The notes under the pieces are model-generated. The model saw only the letters and a list, made by a program, of their open reading frames with translations, made no database searches and was not told the DNA's origin. From contig JAGIQG010000048.1 of the NCBI GenBank assembly GCA_024679065.1, positions 186,001-250,000 of the forward strand: 64,000 nt of DNA. Reading direction: 5' to 3'. Made by a program: the position numbers and the translations under genes. Shown piece by piece: positions 13,101 through 24,434 of the stretch. Each line of letters begins with the position of its first letter. The first letter of the stretch is position 1. Source of the stretch: Sphyrna mokarran. Lineage: Eukaryota.

Positions 13101-14820
13101 CATCTGTGGAGAGAGAATAGAACCAAAGTTTCCAGTCAGTGAGATTTTTTTTATTTGGAGGAAATTGAAGAGAGTAATGAAATTGAGAAATGATGTGAGT
13201 GGATAGGGATTAGGATTTTTTTAAGGATATAGTTCGTGATTGAGTTGTTGATTAGGTTAGGATGAAGAAATTTGTTCTGATATTTGAGATCACTCTGTGA
13301 ATTGATGCAGCTTGTGTTTGTCTGAAATAGCATCTACTATTTCTGTTATTCCCATCTCACAGGAAATTTATCTGGCTTTTCTGACACAATGATTATGTCT
13401 CCAAAGCATCAGGAATTCTCTGCCGAAGCGTCATCCAGATTTGAAACAAAGGATCTGTTCTGCCTCCACAGATGTTACTGATATAATCCAGTATTTTCTG
13501 TTCATTTTCAGTATTTCCTTCTGTATAATTGTACTTTGCTTCGTATCATTTATTGGTATTAAAACTTATAGACAATATATTGGCTTTTTTGTCACCAAGG
13601 AATAAAATCCGTCCCAGAATTCAGTGGGGAATGGAATTAATTCAGATGGAGGATAATGAACCAGCAGCCTCTGCACTTCATTGACAAGTCAGCACCTCAT
13701 CATCACACAGAAAGTCCTGATACAAAGCTGGGTGGGTTTCAAAGTGATGATATAAATGGAGTCACCTGTACCTCATGTGAAGTTACCAAATCTTTAAATT
13801 CCGATTCATTATTTCACTGTTTTGGGAAGTAATGTCACACCTGTAGTTGGCCAGTGAGTTTCACAAATATTTCTGTTGTTGCCGTATTTACTTTTCGCCC
13901 TGTTGCCTTCACTAATTTGGGTGAGGCCATGTTGATTGATTCGATGAAAGAGTCAGTATTTTGTACAGTACAATCATCCCTCCTCAACTACATGATGCTC
14001 CTTCTTCCTGTCTTGGATACGAAGATTCAACATCAGCAGAGAAATGAACCATCTGAACCCCAGGACCATCTCCTCCTTCTCTTCGCGAGGATCAGCTTGC
14101 AAACTCCCGAGAAACTCGGGATGGATTTCACCCAGACACTCTGGAAGGAGTGAAAGCATTAGACGGACACAAATTGAATGAAGAAATTGAATTGAATTAA
14201 ATAGCTAACTCTTTAATATCTTCGAAAGTGTCCCAGAAAAACAATCAATTTAGGGGAATTTGGGAAAGGCAAAAAGTGTCGGTCTTTCCAACCAAACATC
14301 CCAGGGAAAGATAAAAGGAAATAAAATATAAATGTGCATGCTCAAATATAACAACATATAAGCTCTCTGTGAGCCACTTTTCCATCTGCCTGTGATTCTT
14401 TCTATCCGTCCATCACAATCTCCTCATGTATAAATCATCACTGTTATTAATAAGGTGCCAAAGAATGTGTATATTAATCCCTTCTTTAGAGATGGCAACA
14501 CATCATCTCGATTTATAACTTCCAAAAATTCAAGTGCCCCCCCGCACTGTTGCTGGGTAGATTTGTTTATAAATAGTCCACACTGACAACGTGAAGAGTT
14601 TCAAGTTGACTTGCAGCCAAGCGGTCAGTACTGAGGAAACAGATCTTTGATCTACTGCACAAACCCTCCCAGATGCTTCCTGTCAATAACTGAGTATCTG
14701 AAAGCAGCCTGGATTGCTGCCAAATACTGCGTGGCACAGATTAGCGTGAACCTGAATGGACAAAACCGGATTCAGACATTTTAATAATAAATGGTTCATT
14801 CCCTCAAGAAAATGATAATC
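10190..14820 (+). repeat. Old tandem segmental duplication, copy B
   Basis: Same block order and orientation as copy A (1860-8830). Confidence 0.75.
13028..13515. mobile_element. Degenerate element with inverted ends (probably Penelope-like)
   Basis: AAAGCAAAATACTGCAGA...GCATCTGTGGAGAGAG (13028-13140) with a decayed inverted counterpart CTCCACAGATG...CAGTATTTTCTG (13440-13515). Confidence 0.4.
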
Positions 14821-15081
14821 ATTCTAATCAAGTATTTTCATTCAATGCCCTGTTCGTTATGTGAGTAAATAGTATCACTAAACAATAAAGTCACCTTTTT
14901 TTCCCAATTGTATAGTTTCCAGGTAAATTTCATTCTATTAATTAATGTGTATTAACCACATCATGAAATGAGAGAGAGAGATGTTGATGGTAACAGTTCC
15001 CCAGTGAATTGAAATATTAAACCAGCAACATAAAACTGACATGAACAACGGCGATTCCTGTAATATTGTGAAAGTTGTGCA

Positions 15082-15387
15082 CCCTATTAAAACTCAGTAA
15101 GAATTTAGCAACACCAATTATTAATCCAACCGATTTATTTGATAGTAAATCCGCGAGCTTTCAACACTCTTCTGTCTTCCTCAGGCAAGTGCAGTGTTCT
15201 GTTCAGAACACTGCAGAACACACCAGAACACTGCACTTGCCTGAGGAAGACACAAGAGTGTTGAAAGCTCGCGGATTTAGTATCAAATAAATCGGTTGGA
15301 TTAATAATTGGTGTTGCTAAATTCTTACTGAGTTCTTACTACCCCAATCCAACGCTGGCATCTTTACATCATGACCCCTATTAAAAC
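15082..15387. mobile_element. Fold-back (hairpin) non-autonomous Penelope-like element with target-site duplication
   Basis: ~110-bp inverted arms (15091-15200 vs 15225-15335), tail CCCCAATCCAACGCTGGCATCTTTACATCA, flanking direct repeat CCCTATTAAAAC (15082-15093 and 15376-15387), hammerhead cores on both strands; second copy at 61282-61486. Confidence 0.75.
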
Positions 15388-16282
15388 AGCAGCATCTCCT
15401 GTAGCTGATTTGCACCGTGTTTTATTGTACAGTATAAGCTGATTTCTGTTATTAAAGAGTTCCTCTCGTAGTTGCCAATGAGTGGAGAAATGATCATTTC
15501 ATAAGCTGCTTGAATGGAAGGTAAAACATTTATTCTTGTGACATTGTGCAATGTACAATGTGTGTTCCTGATACCAGCGAATGTTGGACAGCCGGTGGCC
15601 AATAGAATGAGCTGCAATGATTTGGATGCTGAAGGAGAACTTTAATGATCTTCGTGTGCATTCCAATTCATTCACTTCTCAGTCAAAAATCAATTTAATG
15701 TTATGTTTCTCTGTCAATTAATTATATAATTCTCAGGAATTCATATTATTTTCAGAGGGCTGTCTTCCAGATTGGGACAGGTTGAAAAAAAATACAAGGA
15801 AAATACTGTGTGAGCTGTTTCTCATCTTCAAACCTGAATCCACACTGGAAATACAATCACTTTGTATATTCCACACATTTAGTTCCAGAAATCGACGCTA
15901 TTTCTTCGGATAAATTGTGTTTTATTATCCCAATGTGGCAGAGGCACGGAATTGTTGCAAAATTGTCTAATTTCCCCAAATGTGATTCCATCATTTTCCG
16001 ATTTGTTTTCTTGTTGGGGGCGGGGTAATAAAATCACCGTATTTACAACGGAATTGGTCATTTTAATAAATAAATGATGAATTGTAATATCACCATCAGG
16101 AATAATCCATGAACAGATTCAGCCAAACAAATAGCCCGACACCGATCAAATGTCCATTTGAGTATGAATTCTTGTCAATCTGGGGAGTCCATTCTATCTG
16201 GGGGTGTGGAAGGTGGATCCAGGCGCCGCCTCCAGCAGGGAATCAACAGGCGGTGCCCGGAAAGCCGTCCCCTTCTACCGGC

Positions 16283-16292
16283 TATTTAAATA
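16283..16292 (+). promoter_or_regulatory. TATA-like box of the VH promoter
   Basis: TATTTAAATA ~100 bp upstream of the leader ATG, inside a CpG-rich patch (16215-16330). Confidence 0.65.
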
Positions 16293-16381
16293 CCGCTCAC
16301 CAGCACCGCAATCCAACAGCCCGGGAGCTGGTTTGTTCACTGAGTTCCTGACACAACCATTTCCCCCAAATCACCAGAAAG

Positions 16382-16427
16382 ATGAGGTCGGCGATTTGTC
16401 TCAGTTTGTTGCTGACTTTCTTATCCG
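16382..16427 (+). CDS. IGHV: IgH leader exon (MRSAICLSLLLTFLS-G)
   Basis: ATG plus hydrophobic signal peptide, phase-1 donor G|GTGAGT at 16428, in frame with the V exon. Confidence 0.93.
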
Positions 16428-16552
16428 GTGAGTAGTTTATTTTCATTGTCCAAGACTCTCATTTTACTGTCTCAATGTTAGTCTATCTCTGGAATGCTCC
16501 AGAATCATTCCACCAGGATTAACCCTTAGAATTTTTGATTTTTTATTTACAG

Positions 16553-16857
16553 GTGTCCAGTCGGAGGTTGTGTTGACCCAGAAAGAGGCAGAGACCGGCC
16601 GTCCCGGAGCCTCCCTGAAACTGACCTGTAAAACCAGCGGCTTTAACCTTGGCAGCTATGCTATGGCTTGGATCCGGCAGGTTCCCGGACAGGGACTGGA
16701 GTGGCTGGTTAGCTACTATAGTTCATCCATTAACGCGTACGCCCCCGGAATTCAGGGCCGATTTACGGCGTCCAAAGACACTTCAAACAACATCTTCTCT
16801 TTGGACATGACGCGTCTAAGGATTGAAGACACCGCCATCTATTACTGTGCAACAGAC
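16553..16857 (+). CDS. IGHV: Germline VH exon
   Basis: Acceptor TTTACAG| at 16552; VQS-EVVLTQ...LKLTC...[12 protein letters not shown]...RFTASKD...[10 protein letters not shown]; no stops; RSS follows. Confidence 0.97.
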
Positions 16858-16896
16858 CACAGCGAGAGGAACCAGGGCTGGAACTGTACAAGGACA
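16858..16896 (+). other. VH 3' RSS (23-bp spacer)
   Basis: CACAGCG + 23 bp + ACAAGGACA. Confidence 0.88.
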
Positions 16897-17222
16897 ACTG
16901 CAGAGGGAATTCAGCATCTTCCTCCGTAACCTGAAGGTCAGCGTCTGTTTCAAATGCAATATGATCGACTGTGGTCAGAACCAAACTATAATCGCCTTTA
17001 AATAAAGTAACACAAAACATTTCACAGTAAAACTTCACAAACTCACGGATATCACTGCTGAGCTTTTCACCGACTTTATATTCATTGGAGTGTCAGCAGG
17101 AACGACACTCCAATATGTTAGTCTTCTTAATATTTCTGACAGACTGTGTTATAGAAACATTTCGCATTAGACCAAAACTAATGGTCCATTTGAAGTGAAT
17201 ATTGAACAGTAGGACTGAATGC

Positions 17223-17305
17223 AGTTTTTGTATGGCTGTGTGTCACTGTGATACTACGGGAGTGGGTCACTGTGCTGAGAAAAACGACATCCTCATACAA
17301 AAACC
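17223..17305 (+). other. D1 segment (17251-17267, ATACTACGGGAGTGGGT) with 5' 12-RSS and 3' 22-RSS
   Basis: AGTTTTTGT-12-CACTGTG | D | CACTGTG-22-ACAAAAACC; all three D frames open (ILREW, YYGSG, TTGVG). Confidence 0.95.
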
Positions 17306-17597
17306 TCAGAGGGACATTGCTTACAATGCCACTGCCGAATGCCATACTAAATGAGGGTTCAACAAAATAATAGGTAGAAACAGCATTGTTTTTTGTTTTA
17401 AGATGTAAAATGCTTCAATCTTATTGTTGTTGTTTTGCACGCTGAATGTGCACAGATACTGTAAAAGTTTCTAATTCCCCTTTATCAATATCATGACCAG
17501 TAAAAATTGAAATATCTCACTCTTACCGAGCTGGAAACAGGCTTTTGAAATTGCAGTGAAATTAATTATCTGCATTTTACAGTTAACAGTCTGTCTC

Positions 17598-17666
17598 AGT
17601 ATTTGTCATGCTGTGTCTCACTGTGATAGCTGGTATAACACAGCAGTTACTGTCAATACAAAAACC
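17598..17666 (+). other. D2 segment (17626-17638, ATAGCTGGTATAA) with 12/12 RSS
   Basis: AGTATTTGT-12-CACTGTG | D | CACAGCA-12-ACAAAAACC. Confidence 0.95.
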
Positions 17667-17993
17667 CCTCAGCACGGATTGATTGAAGCTGGATCAGTGT
17701 CACTTTTAAATTCCAGCTTTAATCACAGGACAGTATTATTTATATCCAGCACAGACCACCTGAGAAAAATAAACATGGAAAATCTTGATAATTACTCAAT
17801 AATTAATTGGCGTTTTCGATAACACGTTCATGAATTACTCTGTGAAATATAAAACATTAGGGTCATTTATAAATATCAAATGGTATCCAGAAATCCCAAA
17901 TTATAATTTACTGAACATTAAATGACTTTGTTTTTCCTTGGGTTTGTCGATATTTAAAATAATGGTGCTTGCGTGTCTATTTAGTGCAGAGAC

Positions 17994-18032
17994 GGTTATT
18001 GTATGACACAGCCCTGGGAATGTGACACTGTG
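17994..18032 (+). other. JH 5' RSS (23-bp spacer)
   Basis: GGTTATTGT-23-CACTGTG. Confidence 0.92.
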
Positions 18033-18080
18033 ACTACTTCGATTACTGGGGACAAGGGACCATGGTGACGGTGACTTCAG
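18033..18080 (+). CDS. IGHJ: JH segment (YFDYWGQGTMVTVTS)
   Basis: WGxG motif, donor TCAG|GTAAG at 18081. Confidence 0.97.
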
Positions 18081-20805
18081 GTAAGAACCATCACTTATTG
18101 AATAACTGGTTTAAATGTGTCTTTGTTTTATAATTTTTATCCGTACTAATAATCCATTTGGTAACATAAATATGCGTTCGGTGGATTCTCCGTTGAGAAT
18201 TTTTACAATGTTTTCTATGATTCTGCTGCAAAGGGGTTTTAGAATTCCGCTCTTCCTTGACAGTGGGTGCTGCTGAGGGCTTCAATCCCAAATTGTTGTG
18301 ATTTTGTGTTTGTCTGTTGAGGTTATTGTGTGGCTGGGTGACTTTAAAAGCCGAACATCTGTTAAACAATTCAGCGTTTCTGCAATGTTTAATCTTGGTG
18401 GCATCTGGTGGCTACGGGTTGTACAAGTGTTTGAAATTTAAACCTAAACTTAAAAACAAAATCTCATTTCTAAATTGATCCAGTGAAAATGTTCCCCTCT
18501 CTCTCAATGCTGTCCAATATTTCTGCTTATTGGAAACATTGATCAGTTTGGTGGTGGGCGAATTGGCTGGAATTTACAGTAAACATTTCTGTAAATGTTA
18601 CATTTCTTTCTGCTGGAAGTGTTTGCAGAACTGTGCTGCTTCTGCATGAAGCGGGGTTCAGTCTCTCAGTGGTGAGTTTGTGCCTGAGTGACTTTAAATA
18701 CGTAAAAATTGTGACTTAATTTGGTGTTTCTGCGTCGTTTGAGCTCAGTGAGACTGAATTGTGACACGTTTTGTGATTGAGTACAAACATACTGCTGTTT
18801 GCCACTGCTTGACGCAGAACTGCAGACAGAAATGAAGCAGGCTTTATTGTATGCCTAGTTTTAAAAATCTTTAGTGATAATGGCTTACACCACTCGTTCA
18901 GAACATAGTTTGTCACAGTTGGGGGTATCTGCAATGTTTAATCTCGGTGGCATTTGATGGCTGGAACTTTTACCATCCAAATGTTTCAATATGTTTGAAA
19001 TATGACCCAATAGGAATAAAATGTGATAAAATTTCCATACTAATTTGTTGGGTATATTCTCGCAATGCTATTGCTATTATTCCAGATTTCTGTTTGATTT
19101 AATAATTAAGAGCTGGTTTGCTAGATTCGATATTGAGATTTTTATTTTGCAATGTTACATTTGATTGTGTTGAATAGATGATTGAGCTGCTTTTCTATGA
19201 GACGGATTCATTGTGTTTTGTTGTGTTTCTGTGGAGGAGATTCTGTGGGTGGGTCACTGTGAATGTTTAAAATGTGTGAAATGGTTTAGTTTTGTGGCAC
19301 TATTGCTGCTGCGTTGTTTAAATAGTGTTTTAACGGTGCCGTTGAGAGCTTAGATGTTTTCTGGTTGAACACAAACAATCTTTGAGTTTGAAAATCCCTG
19401 TCGGGAGAAAAAACCTGGAAGATATCACAGCGTTTTTATAAATTTTAACAAATTCAAGTAAATCATGACTTATTCGCTCATTCGGAGACTAAATCGTTGC
19501 TGCAAATACCAACTTTTCATTAACAAGTTTAATAGTAAAATTAATATAAATCAGAGAATCATTAATTGGTAATATAACTCCATATTCATCACAGATTATT
19601 TTACATTGAATTAGCAAGAATCCCCTTTAATAGCTTTGCTGTGTTCATGCAATTAACATGATCAGAACATTTTCCAGACAGGAAATATTTTGGGACAATT
19701 CCAGAAGCTATTTGAATGATAACACGCTGTTTTCACAGCAGCGCTCAGTTGAACAAGATACTTTGCATTCATGGTTATATCCCAGATTAAATTCGCATTC
19801 ACTGGAATACGAGTTTTGCAGAATAATTTCCTTTTTGGAAAATTTTGTATCCGATTATAATGTTTTCTATGCAATTGCAGCCAGACGATTCGTTCTCGGT
19901 ATTTTTTAATTAGATACCGAGATAATTAATTACTTATCTCATCTCAATTTGTGAATTGGTTTGGCGTCCCTCAATTGTTTTTGCATTGTATCAACTCACT
20001 GAGCACTTCGGACTAAATGAAAATAAAATTGCGTTTGAATATTCTTGTAGGGAAAAAGCAGAAAAGTATTGGAAAATAAATATGTTAGGGCATTTTATTC
20101 ATGTTAACTGATGCTTACATATTAAACTAAAACATGAATTACAATTCACTGTATCTCTGTTAGGGACATTACACTACCCTGAATCTATTATAGTTGAAGT
20201 GCTCATTTTAGAGGAAAAAAATTGCCCAGTTTTGGGGATTTGAGACAGTCGGGGAGAGAGTTGAAAGGCAAAGGGAATTTTAAAAAGAACATTGGGTTAA
20301 TTTAAAATGTTTATTGATGATTTTTTTCTTTGTTGCAATTTGACCTTTTGATCAGGTAGAATCAAACAGTTAATAAAAAATTGACACACTGAACAGTTTT
20401 CTGACAGACGGAATTCGCTGACACAAGCAAATTTGTTACATGATTGTGTTTGAATTGTAGTAAAGTGTCAACAGAAACTGGCTACAGTGACAATTAAATG
20501 CTTGAAATTCAAGAAGATGATTTTATATAAAAATAGTATGATATTATAAATACCATAAAAATAATATTAGCTCTGCACTTAACAAGTCTCCCATTAATGC
20601 TAAACACAGAATAGAATTACAGCAAGAATAAATGACAGAATGGAAGAATTCATACTAACTGAAGCTTATGTTTAATTCTTATTAAATATTATAATGAAAA
20701 AAGGCCCAGACTTATATTCTGCATCGTGTTTTTAGCATTAGAGGATTTGAATCAGTTGTCCTTTGTGTTTGCAATGTTTAATTCAGATCCTCTTTAATTA
20801 ATGTG

Positions 20806-20890
20806 TTCCTAGATTTAATAATTTAGACCATCCATATAACTTGAGTTATAACTGAACTATATGGATGGTCTAAATTATTAAATCTGGGAA
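20806..20890. repeat. Near-perfect hairpin with 28-bp perfect stem in the J-C intron
   Basis: AGATTTAATAATTTAGACCATCCATATA (20811-20838) is the exact reverse complement of 20858-20885. Confidence 0.9.
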
Positions 20891-22679
20891 GCAGTATTAT
20901 TGATTTCAAACGGCCAGACCGTTACAGTCTATATAAACTCAGTATGTGTTTTTAACACCTTTAAGACATATGTAGGAAAAGTGTAAATGTAATATTACAA
21001 TGTGATTAGATTTAAGTAAATGAATGTTTCTGTTCAGTAATTTGAAATTATAGTTGAACATTGAGATTTAATGTAACCTAATTATTTAACAATGTTGGGG
21101 GCAGAAGCAGGTTTTGAATGATTGAAAACTCATTTTATTCGAGTACAAAACAGCTGGCAGGAAAACTAATTGACAATTAATGATAACTTAAAATGTAATA
21201 TTGATGCTGATTAATTCAAAACAAAAGACCTTGAATATTGCACTAGTGTGCAAAATATCATCAGTTTTAGAGAATATTTAATTGTACCAAAATGAATTCA
21301 AAAACAAACCATTTCTTTGCTCGGCTTGATAAAGTGTTTTGCCTTGATTAATTTGTTGATTGGATCTAATTTCTTAATGTAATGTAAATGTTTCCCAGTT
21401 TGTTTAATTCTTACTGTGTTGGGGGACATTGAACTGAGTTGAATCTGCTATTTTGGCTCATTTTCAGCAAAATTACATTTTTACATGAAGTTTTTGAGAA
21501 GTGACACAGGCAGAGAGAAATAATTAAAGGTCGAGAGGAGTTCTGAAATGAATATCAGTTTAATTTAAAATAGGTTAATGATTTTCAGTTGTTGTAAGTT
21601 GACTATTGATCAATTCGAATCCAACAGTTTGAATGGAATTTACAGATTGAAGAGATCTTTCTGAACCGTTGGTGTTTGTTCTGTTTCTCTGAGCTTGGGT
21701 CACTGTGTTGGGACCAGGAATGTGTCTGACTGGTTAAAAAATCTTCTGGTTCCTTCTGCTGTATTTCAGGAAGTGAAATTCTATTTATTTCTTCAATAGA
21801 CTTGTATTTGTGAGAAATGTGCCTGCTAGACTCAGCAAGTCAGAAATTAGATCCCTGAAGCATATTGTGATCGTCAGAGGGAGCAGAAACTTCAGATTGT
21901 AGAGGGAGAATTGGATGATTTTTAAGCAGTGATGTACCAGCCTTGGGAATGTTCGATGACCAAGTTGAAAGTGAGATTTCCTATGTTGTGCTCTGTACTA
22001 CAGCAGTTCCTGAACTGTTTAGGGATAGTTGAAGGGTCAAATTCATTTGTATCTTATTTTTAACCTTCTAAAGGCATTTTCGAGCCATTTGCTTGGCCAG
22101 GATTTTTAACCTTCACTAATTTTTCCTTCACGAAGTGTGGCATCCTTGAATAACTGCAGTCCATATGTCGCAGGCATCCGCCCTGCTGTTAGACAGGAAG
22201 TTCCAGGATTTTGCCCCAGCGATTGTGAAGGAACTGAGATCTTGTTCCAACTCAGGATGGTGTGTTATGGAGGGGAGTTTGCAGGTAGTAGTGTTCATAT
22301 GTAGCTGCTGCCCTGGTCCTATTGGGATGTAAAGGCAGCAGGTTTAGACAGTGTATTATATGGAGCCTTGGTGAGTTGCTGCCGTGCATGTTGTATATAA
22401 TACACCCTGCTTGTTAGTGATGGAGAGAGCAAATAGGATGAATGAGGGCTGGGTGGGGAGCGGGTAAACTTGTGGGTGGCTTTACCCTGGATTGTGTCAA
22501 ATTTCTTGAGGATTTTACAAGTTTATCCCCTTGAGAAGAGAGGAATGTATTCAATCGTGACTGGTAAATGTTTTTCCAACTCTTGCCCCGCAATCCATAC
22601 TGTGCTCGCTTGACAACCCCACTTACTGGGTGAGTGTGTGTGTAGTGACGGTGCTTTTCCAGACTGAATCAGCCAGATA

Positions 22680-24410
22680 GAGATTTACACACTCTCCCAC
22701 ACGTAAATATCCACATATACACACTCATATTCTCTCACACATACATACTCACACTTGTTGTCTCTCTCACACACAACTATACACATGCTCTCTCTCTCTC
22801 TCTCGTTCTACACACTCTCAAATCTGAATACATACTTAGACTCGCTTGCTCATTCACTGTCTTATGCTCCACACACGAAACGCACAAACAACCACACGCG
22901 TTCTGCCTTACACACAGACACACTCTCACACAAACACAGTCATTTTCGCTCTCTCTCTCCCACACTCTCTTATTTATGTTCAAGCTGTCTCTCATTTTTT
23001 TCACACACGCTCTTTCACAATTCCTCTTGCACACACATGTCTCTCTCTTTCTCACACACACCCATGCATATAATTTATCTCTCTTGCACACACTCTCTCA
23101 CACATTCTTGCCCTCGCACACTGGCTCTCTTACAAACACTCTCTCTCAAACACACTCTAACACACCCTCTTAAACGCAGACACTGTCTCTCACAGAAGCA
23201 GATGCGTGCACGCATTCTCCCTCTCTCTCTCTCACACACACACTATCTCTTTCACATTCCCCCTTCCGTATTCTCACTTCCTCTCTCACTCATTCACATG
23301 CTCGCTCTCTCATACAAACACACACATTCTCTCTCTCTCTCAAGATAGATGTCTTTCTTACGCTCACTCCCTTAAACATTACCTCACACATGCACAATCT
23401 TGCTCTCAAACACTGTCTCCCACAAACAGCCTCTCTCTCACATGCACACACTCTCTCCGTCTCACACACGGACACAAATGTAAACACAAACACTCCACCT
23501 ATCACAGACACATGTTCTCACAACAGTTACTTCACTCACACATCCACTCTGTTTAATTTTCACACTTTCTCTCTCACACACATTCTCCCTGCCTTTACAC
23601 ACACACACACACTGAAGAACAGAGACACACTCTCTCACACATAAAGAATAACTCATTAAACACACACTCTCTTTCTCACATATCACATTCTCACATATCC
23701 TGTCTCTCTTCTTGGACACACAGACCACTGTCTCCTACACACATTTACAAAAACACTCATATGTCTGACACTCACACATAAACCACACACAACCTCTCTC
23801 TCTCACACCTAATAAACATCTCTCTCTGCCTCACACAATCGAACACATTGCACACATCTTTCTCACTCGGGTGCAATCCCTTGCACACTTTCAGACACTC
23901 ATCAAACTATTATTTTGTTTCCCAATAGGTACTCCCTGTCTCTCATGCACACAACAGTCTCTTCAACACACACATACCCTTCCTCTCAAGCACACACACT
24001 CTGTTTCACAGACAGACTTTATCTCCTATAGACACACTTCATTTCACATTAACACACACTCAATCACACACTGAAGAACTGTCTCTCTCAAACCCCCCAC
24101 CGTGCACACTCTCCCCACCTCCTCACACACACATGCACACTCTCCCCACCTCTACACACACACTCTCTCACACACACACTTTCAAGAAGGGACACCCTGA
24201 CATAAACAACTGTTCAAACACATATTAATTCTCACACACATTATCATCTCTCACACACTTGCTCTCATGTACACTCTCCCCTCTTGCACACACAGCCCAC
24301 TGTCTCACGTGTGCCAATATGGTCTATCACACACAGGCACTATAACACGCACATTATCTCTCTCTCACACACTTACACCCACACACCCTCTCTCACACTT
24401 TCCATCTCAC
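22680..24410. repeat. Degenerate (CA)n/(CT)n low-complexity tract; mirror 60830-62740
   Basis: Base composition; ORFs here are low-complexity artefacts. Confidence 0.9.
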
Positions 24411-24434
24411 ATACGCCAGTGACAGTTTTTGATA

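Noticed and set aside
16222-16245. CTCF-like sequence at the VH promoter, and another at 18396-18414
   Set aside because: Mismatches at conserved core positions and no correctly placed upstream module; needs a PWM score
17084-17114. 11-bp inverted repeat between VH and D1
   Set aside because: Too short to separate from chance without conservation data
22755-24074. Long His/Thr/Ser/Cys/Val-rich ORFs (also 31854-33699, 50953-53059, 61659-62575)
   Set aside because: Translations of CA/CT/TG low-complexity DNA
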